DNA of 24,000 nucleotides from assembly GCA_050252135.1 (NCBI GenBank), contig JBFWLN010000001.1, positions 341,721 to 365,720 of the forward strand. The letters are read 5' to 3'. Shown here piece after piece: positions 1 through 9,512 of this stretch. Both the position numbers and the translations under genes were made by a program. Source of the DNA: Desulfobulbus sp. GTDB lineage: Bacteria > Desulfobacterota > Desulfobulbia > Desulfobulbales > Desulfobulbaceae. A model generated the notes under the pieces. The model did not search any database, had not been told where the DNA came from, and saw nothing but the letters and a program-made list of their open reading frames with translations. Every line of letters begins with the position of its first letter. The stretch's first letter is position 1.

Positions 1-85
1 CGATATAGACGAGCCTGACTGTCAACCTGAACCGAGCCTGTTCAAAACTGCTAGAAGCGTGGGGAAAAGGCGGGTCAACTACAAC

Positions 86-114
86 AAAAAAAGCCTGACC
101 GAGACTGGGCAGGC
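86..114 (-). terminator. Probable rho-independent terminator downstream of the cobB-side operon
   Basis: Minus strand reads GCCTGCCCAGTCTCGGTCAGGC (GCCTG/CAGGC arms) followed by a run of 7 T. Confidence 0.6.
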
Positions 115-238
115 AACCGTCATGGAATGTTCAAAACGTGGGTGGAAAGAAACAACGCATAAATAGTGATTGTTTCAATATACTGCACAACCGAGGCAAA
201 GGCAAGCTCTCTACTTAACGGAGGTCAAGCAAAAAACA

Positions 239-1021
239 TTATCTTCCACAGGCCCTAACCAACCGTGGCAAAGTCTGCAGTACATCGCCAGGGAAAAAAT
301 AGTCTTCCCGTCCTGAGGATCGGAGGCCATGGCCATATCCCGGCAGTGCCGATTCCCGGTTAAATTCAAACAGAGAACCGCCCCTCTCGCGCACCAGGGC
401 AGGCAGGGCCGCAGCGGGATAAACTTGGGCCGAGGTGCCGATTACCAAGAGGAGATCGCAGTCGGCCACAAATTCGTGAATGGCGTCCAGATCACGCACC
501 GATTCGCCGAACAAGACCACATTCGGTTTAAGCGGCCTTTGACAGTGTTCGCAAAGCGGCATCTCACCAGCCTGATACCGTGCGGGTTCAAGAAACTGGA
601 GAGTGTCACAATAAATACACTGCAGATGCTGATGATCACCGTGGATTTCAAATACCTGTCGGTTACCGGCCTGCTGGTGCAGGTTATCGATATTTTGGGT
701 GACAATGCCCGCCAGTAGCCCCATGGCTTCCATTTCAGCCAAAGCTTCATGGGCAGGATTGGGTTTCTTGCCAACGAGAACCTTTCCTAAAGCGCGAAAC
801 AGCTGCCAAGCTTTAGCGGGATTGCGGCGAAAGACATCAATGGAGGCATACTCTTCAGGGGAAAACACGCTCCACAACCCACCGGGGCTACGAAAATCAG
901 GAATGCCACTACCCACCGAAATTCCGGCACCGGTGAGAGCCACCACCTTACGTGCACACTGGACAACGGAAGCAGCTACACCCCAGGCGGCCTCATCCCC
1001 TTGACCAATAAGCACCCTCAT
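239..1021 (-). CDS. cobB: Sir2 family NAD-dependent protein deacylase
   Basis: ORF with GAGIS, GIPDFRS, TQNIDNLH, HG motifs and a CxxC...CxxC zinc site (CIYC...CEHC), typical of sirtuins. Confidence 0.93.
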   Translation of the reverse strand: MRVLIGQGDEAAWGVAASVVQCARKVVALTGAGISVGSGIPDFRSPGGLWSVFSPEEYASIDVFRRNPAKAWQLFRALGKVLVGKKPNPAHEALAEMEAMGLLAGIVTQNIDNLHQQAGNRQVFEIHGDHQHLQCIYCDTLQFLEPARYQAGEMPLCEHCQRPLKPNVVLFGESVRDLDAIHEFVADCDLLLVIGTSAQVYPAAALPALVRERGGSLFEFNRESALPGYGHGLRSSGREDYFFPGDVLQTLPRLVRACGR

Positions 1022-1554
1022 CAGTGGAGCTGAACACTGTTGCTCGTCACCGGCAAGGGCACATCAATGAAGGCTCCACCGATACTGCCCCCATGTTCAT
1101 AATGTCGAACAGTGATGATTCGCTCGATCTCCTGCGTGTCCTCTTCCTGGGGCCGCAAACAGATGACCAGCCGATCATTTGTTTTCACCGGCACATCTTC
1201 ATTGATGCGTAACAAGAGGCCACCACTGGACTGGTTGCCGACAACACAATACCGTGCCCGTCCCTTGGACGTTGAGAGCGCCCGAAAGGTGGCCGGAATA
1301 TGAGTTGCAACCCGGTAGTCATGACGGAACTCGAGGTCGATTGCAAAGATCTCGGAACAAGGGCAATTGACCTTCAGAATATGTTTATGCCCCCGAAGCC
1401 CGGCAACAGAAAAAGTGCCGACTCTCCCGCAGGAATTGCAACGAATAGTCACTGCCTCCTGGTGGTTCACAAAATATTTTTGCCGTTTTGGTGTGCCCAT
1501 AACAAACCGCCTTTTCTTTGAATGAAAGGAAATGCTGGCACCTCGATTCACCAT
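1021..1554 (-). CDS. PilZ-domain protein with an N-terminal Cys-containing segment; the likely start may be internal (MGTPKRQK, about 1500)
   Basis: FRHDYRV and later SxGG-type segments typical of PilZ; N-terminal IRCNSCG...NCPCSE. Stop overlaps the cobB start (TGATG). Confidence 0.7.
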   Translation of the reverse strand: MVNRGASISFHSKKRRFVMGTPKRQKYFVNHQEAVTIRCNSCGRVGTFSVAGLRGHKHILKVNCPCSEIFAIDLEFRHDYRVATHIPATFRALSTSKGRARYCVVGNQSSGGLLLRINEDVPVKTNDRLVICLRPQEEDTQEIERIITVRHYEHGGSIGGAFIDVPLPVTSNSVQLH

Positions 1555-1659
1555 GGATATCTGCCTTTATCATATCCACGGTTACATAAAAATAAGTCTC
1601 TTTTCCAAACGGAGGTATTTTTTTTTGGGCTAGGATGCGAAAATATGTGGCGTCCCTTT

Positions 1660-2583
1660 TCAATGGGTTGCTTTTAGAAAAACCTCCGCATAGGCTCGAC
1701 GGTACGCGGTGATACTGTTGGGATCCAGCCAACGTTCATAGGCTGCCCGATATTGTTTCGTAGGGCGCTGCTCAAGCAACACCTTATTGACGCTTTCAAT
1801 CACACTCTTCCCCCAGGGGGTTTTGGAACAGGCAACGCAACTCATCCAGCCGTCAAAGTTATGGAGATTCTCCGACAGGGTGAGCGTGATGAACTGATCG
1901 CGGATGCCCATCTGCTCCGCCTGGTACAAGGCCTCTTCAGGCAGGCCGATGAGCCCGTCAAGCCTTCCGAGCAGGAGCATCTTAAAAAGATTCAGCGAAA
2001 GCTCCTGTCCGGTGAACTCGACCAGATTTATCTGGCCCTGGTGCCGTTTGAACACCTCATCCAAGGTATTGCCGTAGGAGCGGTCCTTAGCCAGCCCGAT
2101 CATCAAGTTGGCGTTTCCGAGAACAGCATCCAGGGAGACAGTGGTCTGGTTGTTATACTTCCCGATATTTTCTTTTTTGATAATGATCACTGGGGGAAGG
2201 GTGATGAAGCTGGGCATGGAAAAATACATAAAATCTTCCCGCTCGGGAGTTTTGTACAGGCCGACGCTGCACACCTGCTCACCCTGCTTGAACATGTAAA
2301 AATGGCGGGTAATGTTGGTATTGATTTCCTCGTGACTATAGGCAGGCAGATGCTCCTGGAGGATATGCGTGATTGCATCGCCATAGCCCTGTTCCTGATT
2401 GGGGCCACTCTGAATGAAAAATGGCGGCAGAACAGCTTCCATCCAAACGAGATGATTTTGTGCCGCAACCCATTGCGGGGCGGCAATCAGGAACAAACCC
2501 AGGCAAAGGACAAACGCGGGCAAGGCAGCTTTGGACATCTTTTCCCTCCGGTAAGGCAGTGAATCGGGTTGGCCAATCGACAC
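1660..2583 (-). CDS. ABC-type amino-acid-like periplasmic solute-binding protein (SBP_bac_3-like)
   Basis: Signal-peptide-like N-terminus; VWMEAVLPPFF, YGDAITHILQ, GRLDGLIGLPEEALY layout of family 3 binding proteins. Confidence 0.7.
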   Translation of the reverse strand: MSIGQPDSLPYRREKMSKAALPAFVLCLGLFLIAAPQWVAAQNHLVWMEAVLPPFFIQSGPNQEQGYGDAITHILQEHLPAYSHEEINTNITRHFYMFKQGEQVCSVGLYKTPEREDFMYFSMPSFITLPPVIIIKKENIGKYNNQTTVSLDAVLGNANLMIGLAKDRSYGNTLDEVFKRHQGQINLVEFTGQELSLNLFKMLLLGRLDGLIGLPEEALYQAEQMGIRDQFITLTLSENLHNFDGWMSCVACSKTPWGKSVIESVNKVLLEQRPTKQYRAAYERWLDPNSITAYRRAYAEVFLKATH

Positions 2584-2741
2584 ACGTCAAGATATGGAAC
2601 TTTTCCAGTCAACGGTATCGAATACTGTTCCTGTACCGAATGCACAAAGCGACTGTCAAGATAGATTTAGTAATTGCAGAATCTTGGTCTGCCAAGGCGT
2701 TCGAGAAAATCTGGTCTGTGATAAAGGATATTCAACAAGCC

Positions 2742-3905
2742 CTACAAAACTTCATTTCGGGTGGAAAGACCTTGCTCATGGAACGTCTCTTGTTGGACAA
2801 CCGACAATTGGTGATCAAGGGTCCCACGATTAAAAAAGAGGCGAATCAAAAGACCAGTATAGGCAATCACGGCCAATACGGCAAAGGCCGGGATAAAGTA
2901 GCCCAAGGGGCAGAGAATAAGCACAGTTAACCAATGGAGCAGGATCACCGGGCGTGAATGGAGCTTAAGCGGAAAATCTCCGTGACGGCTGATGACGGCC
3001 AACCCACTCAGATTCCATCCATACAGAGCGGTGAAGGCATGCAAGCGCAAAAGGGGCACACTATGTTCCGGGGTGTAATAGCTGGAAAAAGAGAGCAGGA
3101 TATAGGCAATACCGGTGATGGAAGTAACAAGAAGGAAAAGGATTCCGGAAGAGAGAAAGGCTTTCTGCTGCAGCGGTATGCCCTCATACCAGTAGAGGTA
3201 AAAAATGAGCGCCACGGTGAAAAACAAAATAAGGGAGATAGCAACCTGGGAGCTGAACATCCCCGCGAGGATAAAAATAAAAAAGATGATCACCCCTAAG
3301 TTGATGATCCAGAAGGCAGCCTCCTTCAACAGCGAAGTCAGCCGCAGGGACTCTTGCTTCATCAGGCTGAAGATGACCGACATCGAAATGAGAGAAAGAG
3401 GAAAGGAAAAACCGAGAAAAAAGGTATCAAGCTTCAACTTCTCAATGGTAAACCACTGCAGATAGACCGAATTGAGAATGACCGGGCTGGAAAAACACAA
3501 TCCGAGGGTCAGACAGAGGAGAGCCGCCTGATGAAATTTGCGCGGGACCGATTCCTGGAGCGAGAAAAGTCCACGGGGAAAGCGGCTGCCGAAATGATCG
3601 ATTCGCACCTGATTCACCAGATGGGCCAGTCCAAGGGGGAGCAGCATCGCCGGAATGTACCATTCAAAAAAAGCCGAAAAGGCAAAGGCCAGGGCTAAAA
3701 CGACAAACAACTGCCCGCGGCGAGAAAGTTCTGCCTGCTCTTCAGTGAAATAAATCAGCAGGGTACCGCCGCTGCAAAGATTGAACAGGAATATATGCAG
3801 CCGCTCGAAGTTATGGACCGATGGCGGAATAAGGTGATGGAGGAAGCCGCAGGCCAGGGCAGTGGTCATCATGACCAGCAACAGGGTTTTCAGTTTCCAA
3901 CTCAC
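2742..3905 (-). CDS. Polytopic membrane protein of unknown function (about 10-12 TM)
   Basis: Long ORF with many hydrophobic helices; no family motif I can name confidently. Confidence 0.75.
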   Translation of the reverse strand: MSWKLKTLLLVMMTTALACGFLHHLIPPSVHNFERLHIFLFNLCSGGTLLIYFTEEQAELSRRGQLFVVLALAFAFSAFFEWYIPAMLLPLGLAHLVNQVRIDHFGSRFPRGLFSLQESVPRKFHQAALLCLTLGLCFSSPVILNSVYLQWFTIEKLKLDTFFLGFSFPLSLISMSVIFSLMKQESLRLTSLLKEAAFWIINLGVIIFFIFILAGMFSSQVAISLILFFTVALIFYLYWYEGIPLQQKAFLSSGILFLLVTSITGIAYILLSFSSYYTPEHSVPLLRLHAFTALYGWNLSGLAVISRHGDFPLKLHSRPVILLHWLTVLILCPLGYFIPAFAVLAVIAYTGLLIRLFFNRGTLDHQLSVVQQETFHEQGLSTRNEVL

Positions 3906-3938
3906 GGATACGATACTCCAGGGGATGGGGCGGGAGGA

Positions 3939-5315
3939 TTACAATCGACCAAGCAATTGACGCAAGGCCGGTTCCAGGGAAGCCTGGCGGAAGAGATAAC
4001 CGGACTGTTGCAGTTTATCGGTGGAGACCCGGCAGCCACCGAGAAGGACCTCGGAGGCCATCTGCCCGTAGATGGTTTTCAACAAGCCGGCAGGCACTGC
4101 GGGTAAAAGTGGCCGATGCACAACCCGGGCCAGGGCCCGCATCAAATCGCCATTGGTCACCGGCTCGGGCGCGGCAATGTTCACCGGCCCTTCCAGTTGC
4201 TCACAATCGAGGGTATGCAGAATGGCACCCACCATATCGTTGATGCCTATCCAGCTGATGTATTGATCGCCGTCACCAAAGCTGCGGGAAAAGCCGATTG
4301 CCGAGGTCGAAAGCAACCGTTGCAGTGCACCACCCTGTGGACTCAGAACCACACCGATACGCATGAACACGGTCCGGATACCAGCCTCTTCGGCCGGACG
4401 GGCGGAATGTTCCCACAAAGCGCAGACATCGGAAATGAAATCGTCCCCGGCACGATCCTCTTCGCGCATACAGCAGTCAAGGCAGTTGCCGTAAAAACCA
4501 ACCGCCGAGGCGCTGAGAAAGACCTTGGGTTTGACGGTTTGGGCAGCAAGGGTTTGGGCGATGAGCCCGGTGCCCTGCACCCGACTATCGATCACCCGTT
4601 TTTTTTTCTCCCGGGTCCAACGACCTTCGCCGATATTATCGCCGGCCAGATGAATGACCGCATCAAAAGGCGGCAGACCGGCCAGGTTGAGCTGTTTCTC
4701 TGCAGGGTTCCAGTAGATTTCCCTGCAGGCGCGATCCGGCGATCGGCGCACCAGGGTCCAGACTTCATGGCCGCCGGTGGTCAAGAGCGGTCGCAGTGCG
4801 GAACCAAGCACACCACTGGCACCGGTGATCAGAATCCGGAGTGGTGTGGTGCTGCTCCGCTGGTGGAGGCGGATATCGTCTGCCAGGGTCGCATGCCGGT
4901 AGCGAAACACCCGATCCAGGGTCTTTTCCACCTGCTTCCCTGCGAATCCGGGCAAAAGCGGTTGCCCCGGCAAGGTGTAGTCGATCTCGTCTTCCAAAAG
5001 CGCCCCATCCGGGGTGTCTGAAAAACGATGGGTGTGGGTCCAGGAGGCAAAGGGGCCGCGCTCCTGAATATCGCGAAACATCACACCCGGCACATTTTCA
5101 ACATGACGCGCTTGCCAGAGGTAGGGGATGGGACCGGCGTGCAGTTTGAGCACAACCTGTCCGCCCGGATCTATCGAGCCGATCCGTTTGACAACCCGGG
5201 TATTTTCCCAAGGAGGGACCAGTCGCTCCAGTGCCCCCGGCCGACTGTGCCAGTCATAAAGTTCTTGGGCGGTACAGGAAAAATGCGAGGCAAAACGGAA
5301 ATGTCCTCCTGTCAC
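3939..5315 (-). CDS. TIGR01777-type NAD-dependent epimerase with an N-terminal SRPBCC/cyclase-like domain
   Basis: ILITGASGVLGSAL, VIHLAGDNIGEGRW, FLSASAVGFYG, RIGVVLSPQGGAL, YISWIGINDMVGAI motifs; about 150 aa N-terminal extension resembling SRPBCC. Confidence 0.9.
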   Translation of the reverse strand: MTGGHFRFASHFSCTAQELYDWHSRPGALERLVPPWENTRVVKRIGSIDPGGQVVLKLHAGPIPYLWQARHVENVPGVMFRDIQERGPFASWTHTHRFSDTPDGALLEDEIDYTLPGQPLLPGFAGKQVEKTLDRVFRYRHATLADDIRLHQRSSTTPLRILITGASGVLGSALRPLLTTGGHEVWTLVRRSPDRACREIYWNPAEKQLNLAGLPPFDAVIHLAGDNIGEGRWTREKKKRVIDSRVQGTGLIAQTLAAQTVKPKVFLSASAVGFYGNCLDCCMREEDRAGDDFISDVCALWEHSARPAEEAGIRTVFMRIGVVLSPQGGALQRLLSTSAIGFSRSFGDGDQYISWIGINDMVGAILHTLDCEQLEGPVNIAAPEPVTNGDLMRALARVVHRPLLPAVPAGLLKTIYGQMASEVLLGGCRVSTDKLQQSGYLFRQASLEPALRQLLGRL

Positions 5316-6223
5316 CGCCCCCCCTCCCGAACAAGGTCTTTCAATGCCACTCTCAAATCAGGATAGGTAAAGAGATACCCGCTCTCGGTCAGCGCCCGGG
5401 GCAAAACCTTCTGGCCCTGGAGAAGCGAGCGGCCAAACTCTCCCAAAATCGTTTTCATGATAAAGGCAGGGGTAGGCAGGAACGCCGGTCGATGATAGGC
5501 TGTACCCAACTCCCGCGCAAACGTTTTCTGCCGCACCGGCTGGGGAGCGGTAAAGTTGAACGGTCCCCGGCACTCCTCGGCGCTCAGTAAAAAAACAATG
5601 GCACTCACCAAATCTTCCAGGTGGATCCAAGGGAACCATTGCTTGCCGTTGCCGATCGGTCCACCCAAACCAAGTCGAAACGGTAATTTCATCGTGGCCA
5701 GGGCGCCTCCGCCCTTGCCCAGAACAACGCCAAAACGCATCAACACCACCCGAGCCCCTTTCTCGCCGGCCTTTTGCGCCTCAGCCTCCCAGTCGCTGCA
5801 GACCTGGGCGAGGAAATCCTCACCAGCAGCGTTGGTCTCGGTCTTTTCTTCCTCGCCACCATCACCGTAATAGCCAGCAGCCGATGTGCTCAGCAACACC
5901 GCTTCGGTCTCGGCCGGTAAGGCGGCAACCAAATGACGGGTGGTGAGAATGCGGCTGTCGTAAATCGCTTTTTTGTAATTCTCGGTCCAGAGATTGAAAA
6001 CCGAGCGGCCGGTGAGATTAATTAAGGCCTCTTGTTCCGGCACATGATGCTGCCAGTCACCCGGACGGGTGGTATCCGCAGCAACATAGGTGAGGTGGTC
6101 ATGGGCCGGGAGGCGGCACTGGCGACTACTGCCAATAACCGTCACCTCATGTCCCATCTCCAACAGACGTCTGCTCACTGCTCCGCCGACAAAACCGGTT
6201 CCTCCGGTGATCAATATCTTCAT
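5312..6223 (-). CDS. TIGR01777-type NAD-dependent epimerase (single domain)
   Basis: KILITGGTGFVGGAV, LLSTSAAGYYGDGGEE, MRFGVVLGKGGGAL, FPWIHLEDLVSAI; overlaps the preceding paralogue by 4 nt. Confidence 0.9.
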   Translation of the reverse strand: MKILITGGTGFVGGAVSRRLLEMGHEVTVIGSSRQCRLPAHDHLTYVAADTTRPGDWQHHVPEQEALINLTGRSVFNLWTENYKKAIYDSRILTTRHLVAALPAETEAVLLSTSAAGYYGDGGEEEKTETNAAGEDFLAQVCSDWEAEAQKAGEKGARVVLMRFGVVLGKGGGALATMKLPFRLGLGGPIGNGKQWFPWIHLEDLVSAIVFLLSAEECRGPFNFTAPQPVRQKTFARELGTAYHRPAFLPTPAFIMKTILGEFGRSLLQGQKVLPRALTESGYLFTYPDLRVALKDLVREGGR

Positions 6224-6339
6224 AGGGTCCTCCTGTAAGGAAAGGCTCCAGAATAAAAAATCAGCCTTATGTATTTATTCAATAAACATTCTGAATCGGG
6301 AGGCAAAGAAAAAGGGCGGCAGCGGGTTGACCGTCGCTC

Positions 6340-7113
6340 CTATTTCACAAAAAACAACCCGATCTCGATGGCGATCAGGATGATGATGATCCACTCGAGC
6401 ATGCTCGAATGACTGTGTTTCTGTTCATCGGCCATCATCTCCAACAACTCCTGGATGACCTCCAAACGACTTTTCAGCACCGTGGCCCGGGGGGCTATCT
6501 CCAGATAGCGGGCGAGTGCGAGGTAATAATGCTCAAGCTCTGGATATTCCCAGATAAATTCAGGAGTATCCAACAAGTTATATTGCAAGATGATGTGTGA
6601 TTTTTCCAGGTAAACCCGTCCCCGTTCCTGGGCCAGCTTAGTCCGCGACAGGGCAATGGTTCCCTTCTTCGCCAGGGTCTCGGGGATATATTTGGTTTTC
6701 TTAATTGTCTCCTCGATTGAGGATTCAAAAAAAGCCAACTTGGTGGACTGAGCCAGAGCATGGCTCAAGGAGAGACAGGTCAACTCGGACAGATCATCCA
6801 CATCGATCAAGTCGTTGCGAATTTTTACCCCTTTACTGGGACTCAGTTGATAGGCCAGATCCTCCTCGACAAAGGATTCCCGTGGATTAATCGCATATTT
6901 GAGCACTTGATCGATCAACCGCTTTTCCGATTCATAGTCGTACTCAAAGAAGACGCAAACCCCGTAATCAAAAAGGAAGGCCCGTACGCCCTCGTCTGGA
7001 TTGAGGGAAATGACATTACGGATGCGAGCGGCGTGTGTCTGCCGGGAAAGATGCTCATAGAGGGCACTGAATTGAAAACGTTCAGCAATGCAGAGGGCGC
7101 GAATGGTACTCAT
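6340..7113 (-). CDS. RMD1/YagE-like (DUF155) family protein with a C-terminal TM helix
   Basis: FxYGVCVFF, FVEEDLAY, LSLSHALAQSTKLAFFE, C-terminal HSSMLEWIIIILIAIEI(G) as in RMD1/DUF155 proteins. Confidence 0.85.
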   Translation of the reverse strand: MSTIRALCIAERFQFSALYEHLSRQTHAARIRNVISLNPDEGVRAFLFDYGVCVFFEYDYESEKRLIDQVLKYAINPRESFVEEDLAYQLSPSKGVKIRNDLIDVDDLSELTCLSLSHALAQSTKLAFFESSIEETIKKTKYIPETLAKKGTIALSRTKLAQERGRVYLEKSHIILQYNLLDTPEFIWEYPELEHYYLALARYLEIAPRATVLKSRLEVIQELLEMMADEQKHSHSSMLEWIIIILIAIEIGLFFVK

Positions 7114-7155
7114 GGTTGATTCCGTTCAGGAATAAAAGGCTGGATGAGAAACGCT

Positions 7156-7593
7156 CTACTCCGTGCCGTTGGCACCGACCTTGCTTTCCTTGCGCAGTTC
7201 CGGGTAGTACTTTTCGATACAATCGGGGCAGATGCCGTGGGTGAATTCATCCTTGGCGCGATCTTGGATGATCTGCTTGATATCCTCCCAAAATTCGGGG
7301 TCAAGACGTATCTTCTTACAGGAGGCGCATACCGGCAGGATGCTTTCTAAATAACTTACCCGGGTCAGCAACCGGTAGGTATGGTGAATAATGAAGGCAC
7401 CGACAATGGCAATAATGATGCTCTCAAAGATGGATTCCCGCCAATTGATCGGGGTGGCGGGACCACCCAAAAGAACATGGGGGATATCAAGCACCTCGTC
7501 AAACCAGGAGAGGGCGATCACAAACAAAATGGCGCTGCCCTCATACCAGGCGACCTTTTTGGCAATCAGATTGTTCGTCTCAGAAGGGGCCAT
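7156..7593 (-). CDS. Small membrane-anchored protein with a CxxCKKIR...HGICPDC module
   Basis: Two hydrophobic segments, then LPVCASCKKIRLDPEFWEDIKQIIQD...THGICPDCIEKYYPE, the short module often seen at C-termini of PAS/response-regulator proteins. Confidence 0.75.
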   Translation of the reverse strand: MAPSETNNLIAKKVAWYEGSAILFVIALSWFDEVLDIPHVLLGGPATPINWRESIFESIIIAIVGAFIIHHTYRLLTRVSYLESILPVCASCKKIRLDPEFWEDIKQIIQDRAKDEFTHGICPDCIEKYYPELRKESKVGANGTE

Positions 7594-7903
7594 GGCAACA
7601 TCCTCAGTTCAAACAAGCACTTGGGGTCATTCCCTGGAACAGCCGGGGCAATGTTTGTGATTCTCGCAACATGCAGCGAAAATCACAATATTTGATTGAG
7701 CGGTCTCCAAAGCGATAACGCACTCAAAAAAAGCGTGGTCATCGTTGGCAACGTGCATCTATCATAGCCGCATTTCCTAAGAATGCACGGGAATTACACA
7801 GATTTTCCCCAAAAGTCCCAACCGAGAATCAGGGGGATCAGCCCCTTACAGCCCTTCTTCGTCCACAGACAGAGCCGATGAGCTTTCAGGTTTCTCAGTG
7901 AAG

Positions 7904-8035
7904 ATGGCTAAGTTAAAAAAACAGGCATACATAAGGTATATCGAGTGTCGTGAAAAGCGCTCCGACGCAGTAGATCGAAGTTTTTACGACGACATCAAAG
8001 ATGACACCAGCGCGGTAATAAGTTCAAGTTTGTGA
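7904..8035 (+). CDS. Possible 43-aa small ORF (MAKLKKQAYIRYIECREKRSDAVDRSFYDDIKDDTSAVISSSL)
   Basis: Open frame with a plausible soluble composition in an otherwise empty intergenic region; weak ribosome-binding site. Confidence 0.2.
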   Translation: MAKLKKQAYIRYIECREKRSDAVDRSFYDDIKDDTSAVISSSL

Positions 8036-8072
8036 GCTACGGGGTATATGGGCAAAGGTTGCCTTTGATCTT

Positions 8073-8318
8073 TTACTGAAAATCGACATGACCGATAACG
8101 ATTCGAGGCTCATCCAACCCAATCACCTCCGGTTCGATCCGCAGCAGCTCGTCAATGTTCCAGACGCCGTTTCGCGCAAGCAGGGCCAGGGCCTCTTCCT
8201 TGGTGTTTGCAAGGACGGTCACGTCGGCCTGGAGATAATTTTCCTGATGGATATGGGGCTCATCGAGCATGGACCAACTGGAAAAGCGCTTACTGTGACG
8301 CCAAACAAAGAGCTGCAT
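8073..8318 (-). CDS. Hypothetical 81-aa protein
   Basis: Single ORF with a soluble-protein composition; no recognised family. Confidence 0.55.
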   Translation of the reverse strand: MQLFVWRHSKRFSSWSMLDEPHIHQENYLQADVTVLANTKEEALALLARNGVWNIDELLRIEPEVIGLDEPRIVIGHVDFQ

Positions 8319-8426
8319 GATCGTTCTCCCGGGTTTGATGAGCTACGGAACAGGTGGATAAATCTACCCCGTTGAATCCAACGGTGCAAACCCAAGCTCT
8401 GGATTGCCAGGGGAAAGTGTTCAGCA

Positions 8427-8454
8427 TTGACCTTTTTGATTGATGGTTTATAAC
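8427..8454 (+). promoter_or_regulatory. Candidate sigma70-type promoter for panE-panB
   Basis: TTGACC - 16 nt - TATAAC upstream of the 8535 start. Confidence 0.4.
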
Positions 8455-8534
8455 TGGTGCCAATGTTTTCCCCGTTGTCGCTGCTGACCGTGGGCCCCGG
8501 CTTTTTTTCGGCCCCAAGGAGAGCAAAAAGAAAA

Positions 8535-9479
8535 ATGGAAATACTGATCATTGGCGCCGGAGCCATGGGGGGGCTGTTCGCCTCTTTGCTTGCGCCGCTG
8601 GCGAGCGTCTGCCTGATCACCACCAACACCGCCCACGCCGACGCCATCAACCAGAGCGGATTTCTGCTGACCGAATTGGACGGGAACACCACCTCGGTCT
8701 CCGTCCGCGCCATCAGCCAGCCAGCACTCTATCACCAACGGGCCGACCTGATTCTGATCTGCACCAAAGCCGGAGCCACAGAAGCGGCTGCTCATACCGC
8801 CAAGGCAGTTTTGGCCGATAGAGGACTGGTTCTCACCCTGCAAAACGGACTGGGCAACCTGGAACGGATCGGGGCCGTGGTCGGGCCACAGCGAGCGACT
8901 GCCGGGACCACCGCCCAGGCAGCCACCCTGCTCGGGCCCGGACACATCAGGCATGCGGGCCAAGGCTCTACCGTTTTAGCTCCAGCCAGGGGATTTCCCG
9001 ACCAGGGGCGAAAGCTAATACCCATTGCCGAGCTTTTTAACCGGGCCGGCATTATAACCAGCATCACCGAGGATATCGATGCACTGCTCTGGTCAAAACT
9101 AATCGTCAATGTCGGTATCAACGCCCTCACTGCCCTGCTGCGAATCCCCAATGGCGCTTTGCTCCTGTCTCCGGCCAGCGAACAGCTGATGTTCGAGGCT
9201 GTGGACGAGGCCCTTGCCGTGGCCAAGGTTCTCAAAATCAACATCGATTTTGATATTCAGCAGGAGCGGGTCCGCCAGGTCTGCGAACTGACCCGCAACA
9301 ACCGCGCCTCCATGCTCCAAGATATCCTTCGAGGTCGGCCCACGGAGATCGATGTCATCAACGGCACCATCGTCGCCAAAGGCATTGAAGCCAGTATCCC
9401 CACCCCTGTCAACCAAACGCTGACCCGGTTAATCAAGGCCCTGGAATCCACCTCCGCGCAACGGATCGACGCAGTTTAA
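8535..9479 (+). CDS. panE: 2-dehydropantoate 2-reductase (ORF opens at 8457; ATG at 8535 preferred)
   Basis: MEILIIGAGAMGGLFASLLA, TKAGATEAA, LQNGLGN, KLIVNVGINALTAL, GRPTEIDVINGTIV motifs. Confidence 0.93.
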   Translation: MEILIIGAGAMGGLFASLLAPLASVCLITTNTAHADAINQSGFLLTELDGNTTSVSVRAISQPALYHQRADLILICTKAGATEAAAHTAKAVLADRGLVLTLQNGLGNLERIGAVVGPQRATAGTTAQAATLLGPGHIRHAGQGSTVLAPARGFPDQGRKLIPIAELFNRAGIITSITEDIDALLWSKLIVNVGINALTALLRIPNGALLLSPASEQLMFEAVDEALAVAKVLKINIDFDIQQERVRQVCELTRNNRASMLQDILRGRPTEIDVINGTIVAKGIEASIPTPVNQTLTRLIKALESTSAQRIDAV

Positions 9480-9512
9480 CCCATTGGCAGCCCCTCTTTT
9501 TAAGGAGAATTC

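Noticed and set aside
4116-5021. Long plus-strand ORF (301 aa) antisense to the epimerase gene
   Set aside because: It is fully opposite a well-supported coding region; composition is typical of antisense frames in moderately GC-rich DNA.
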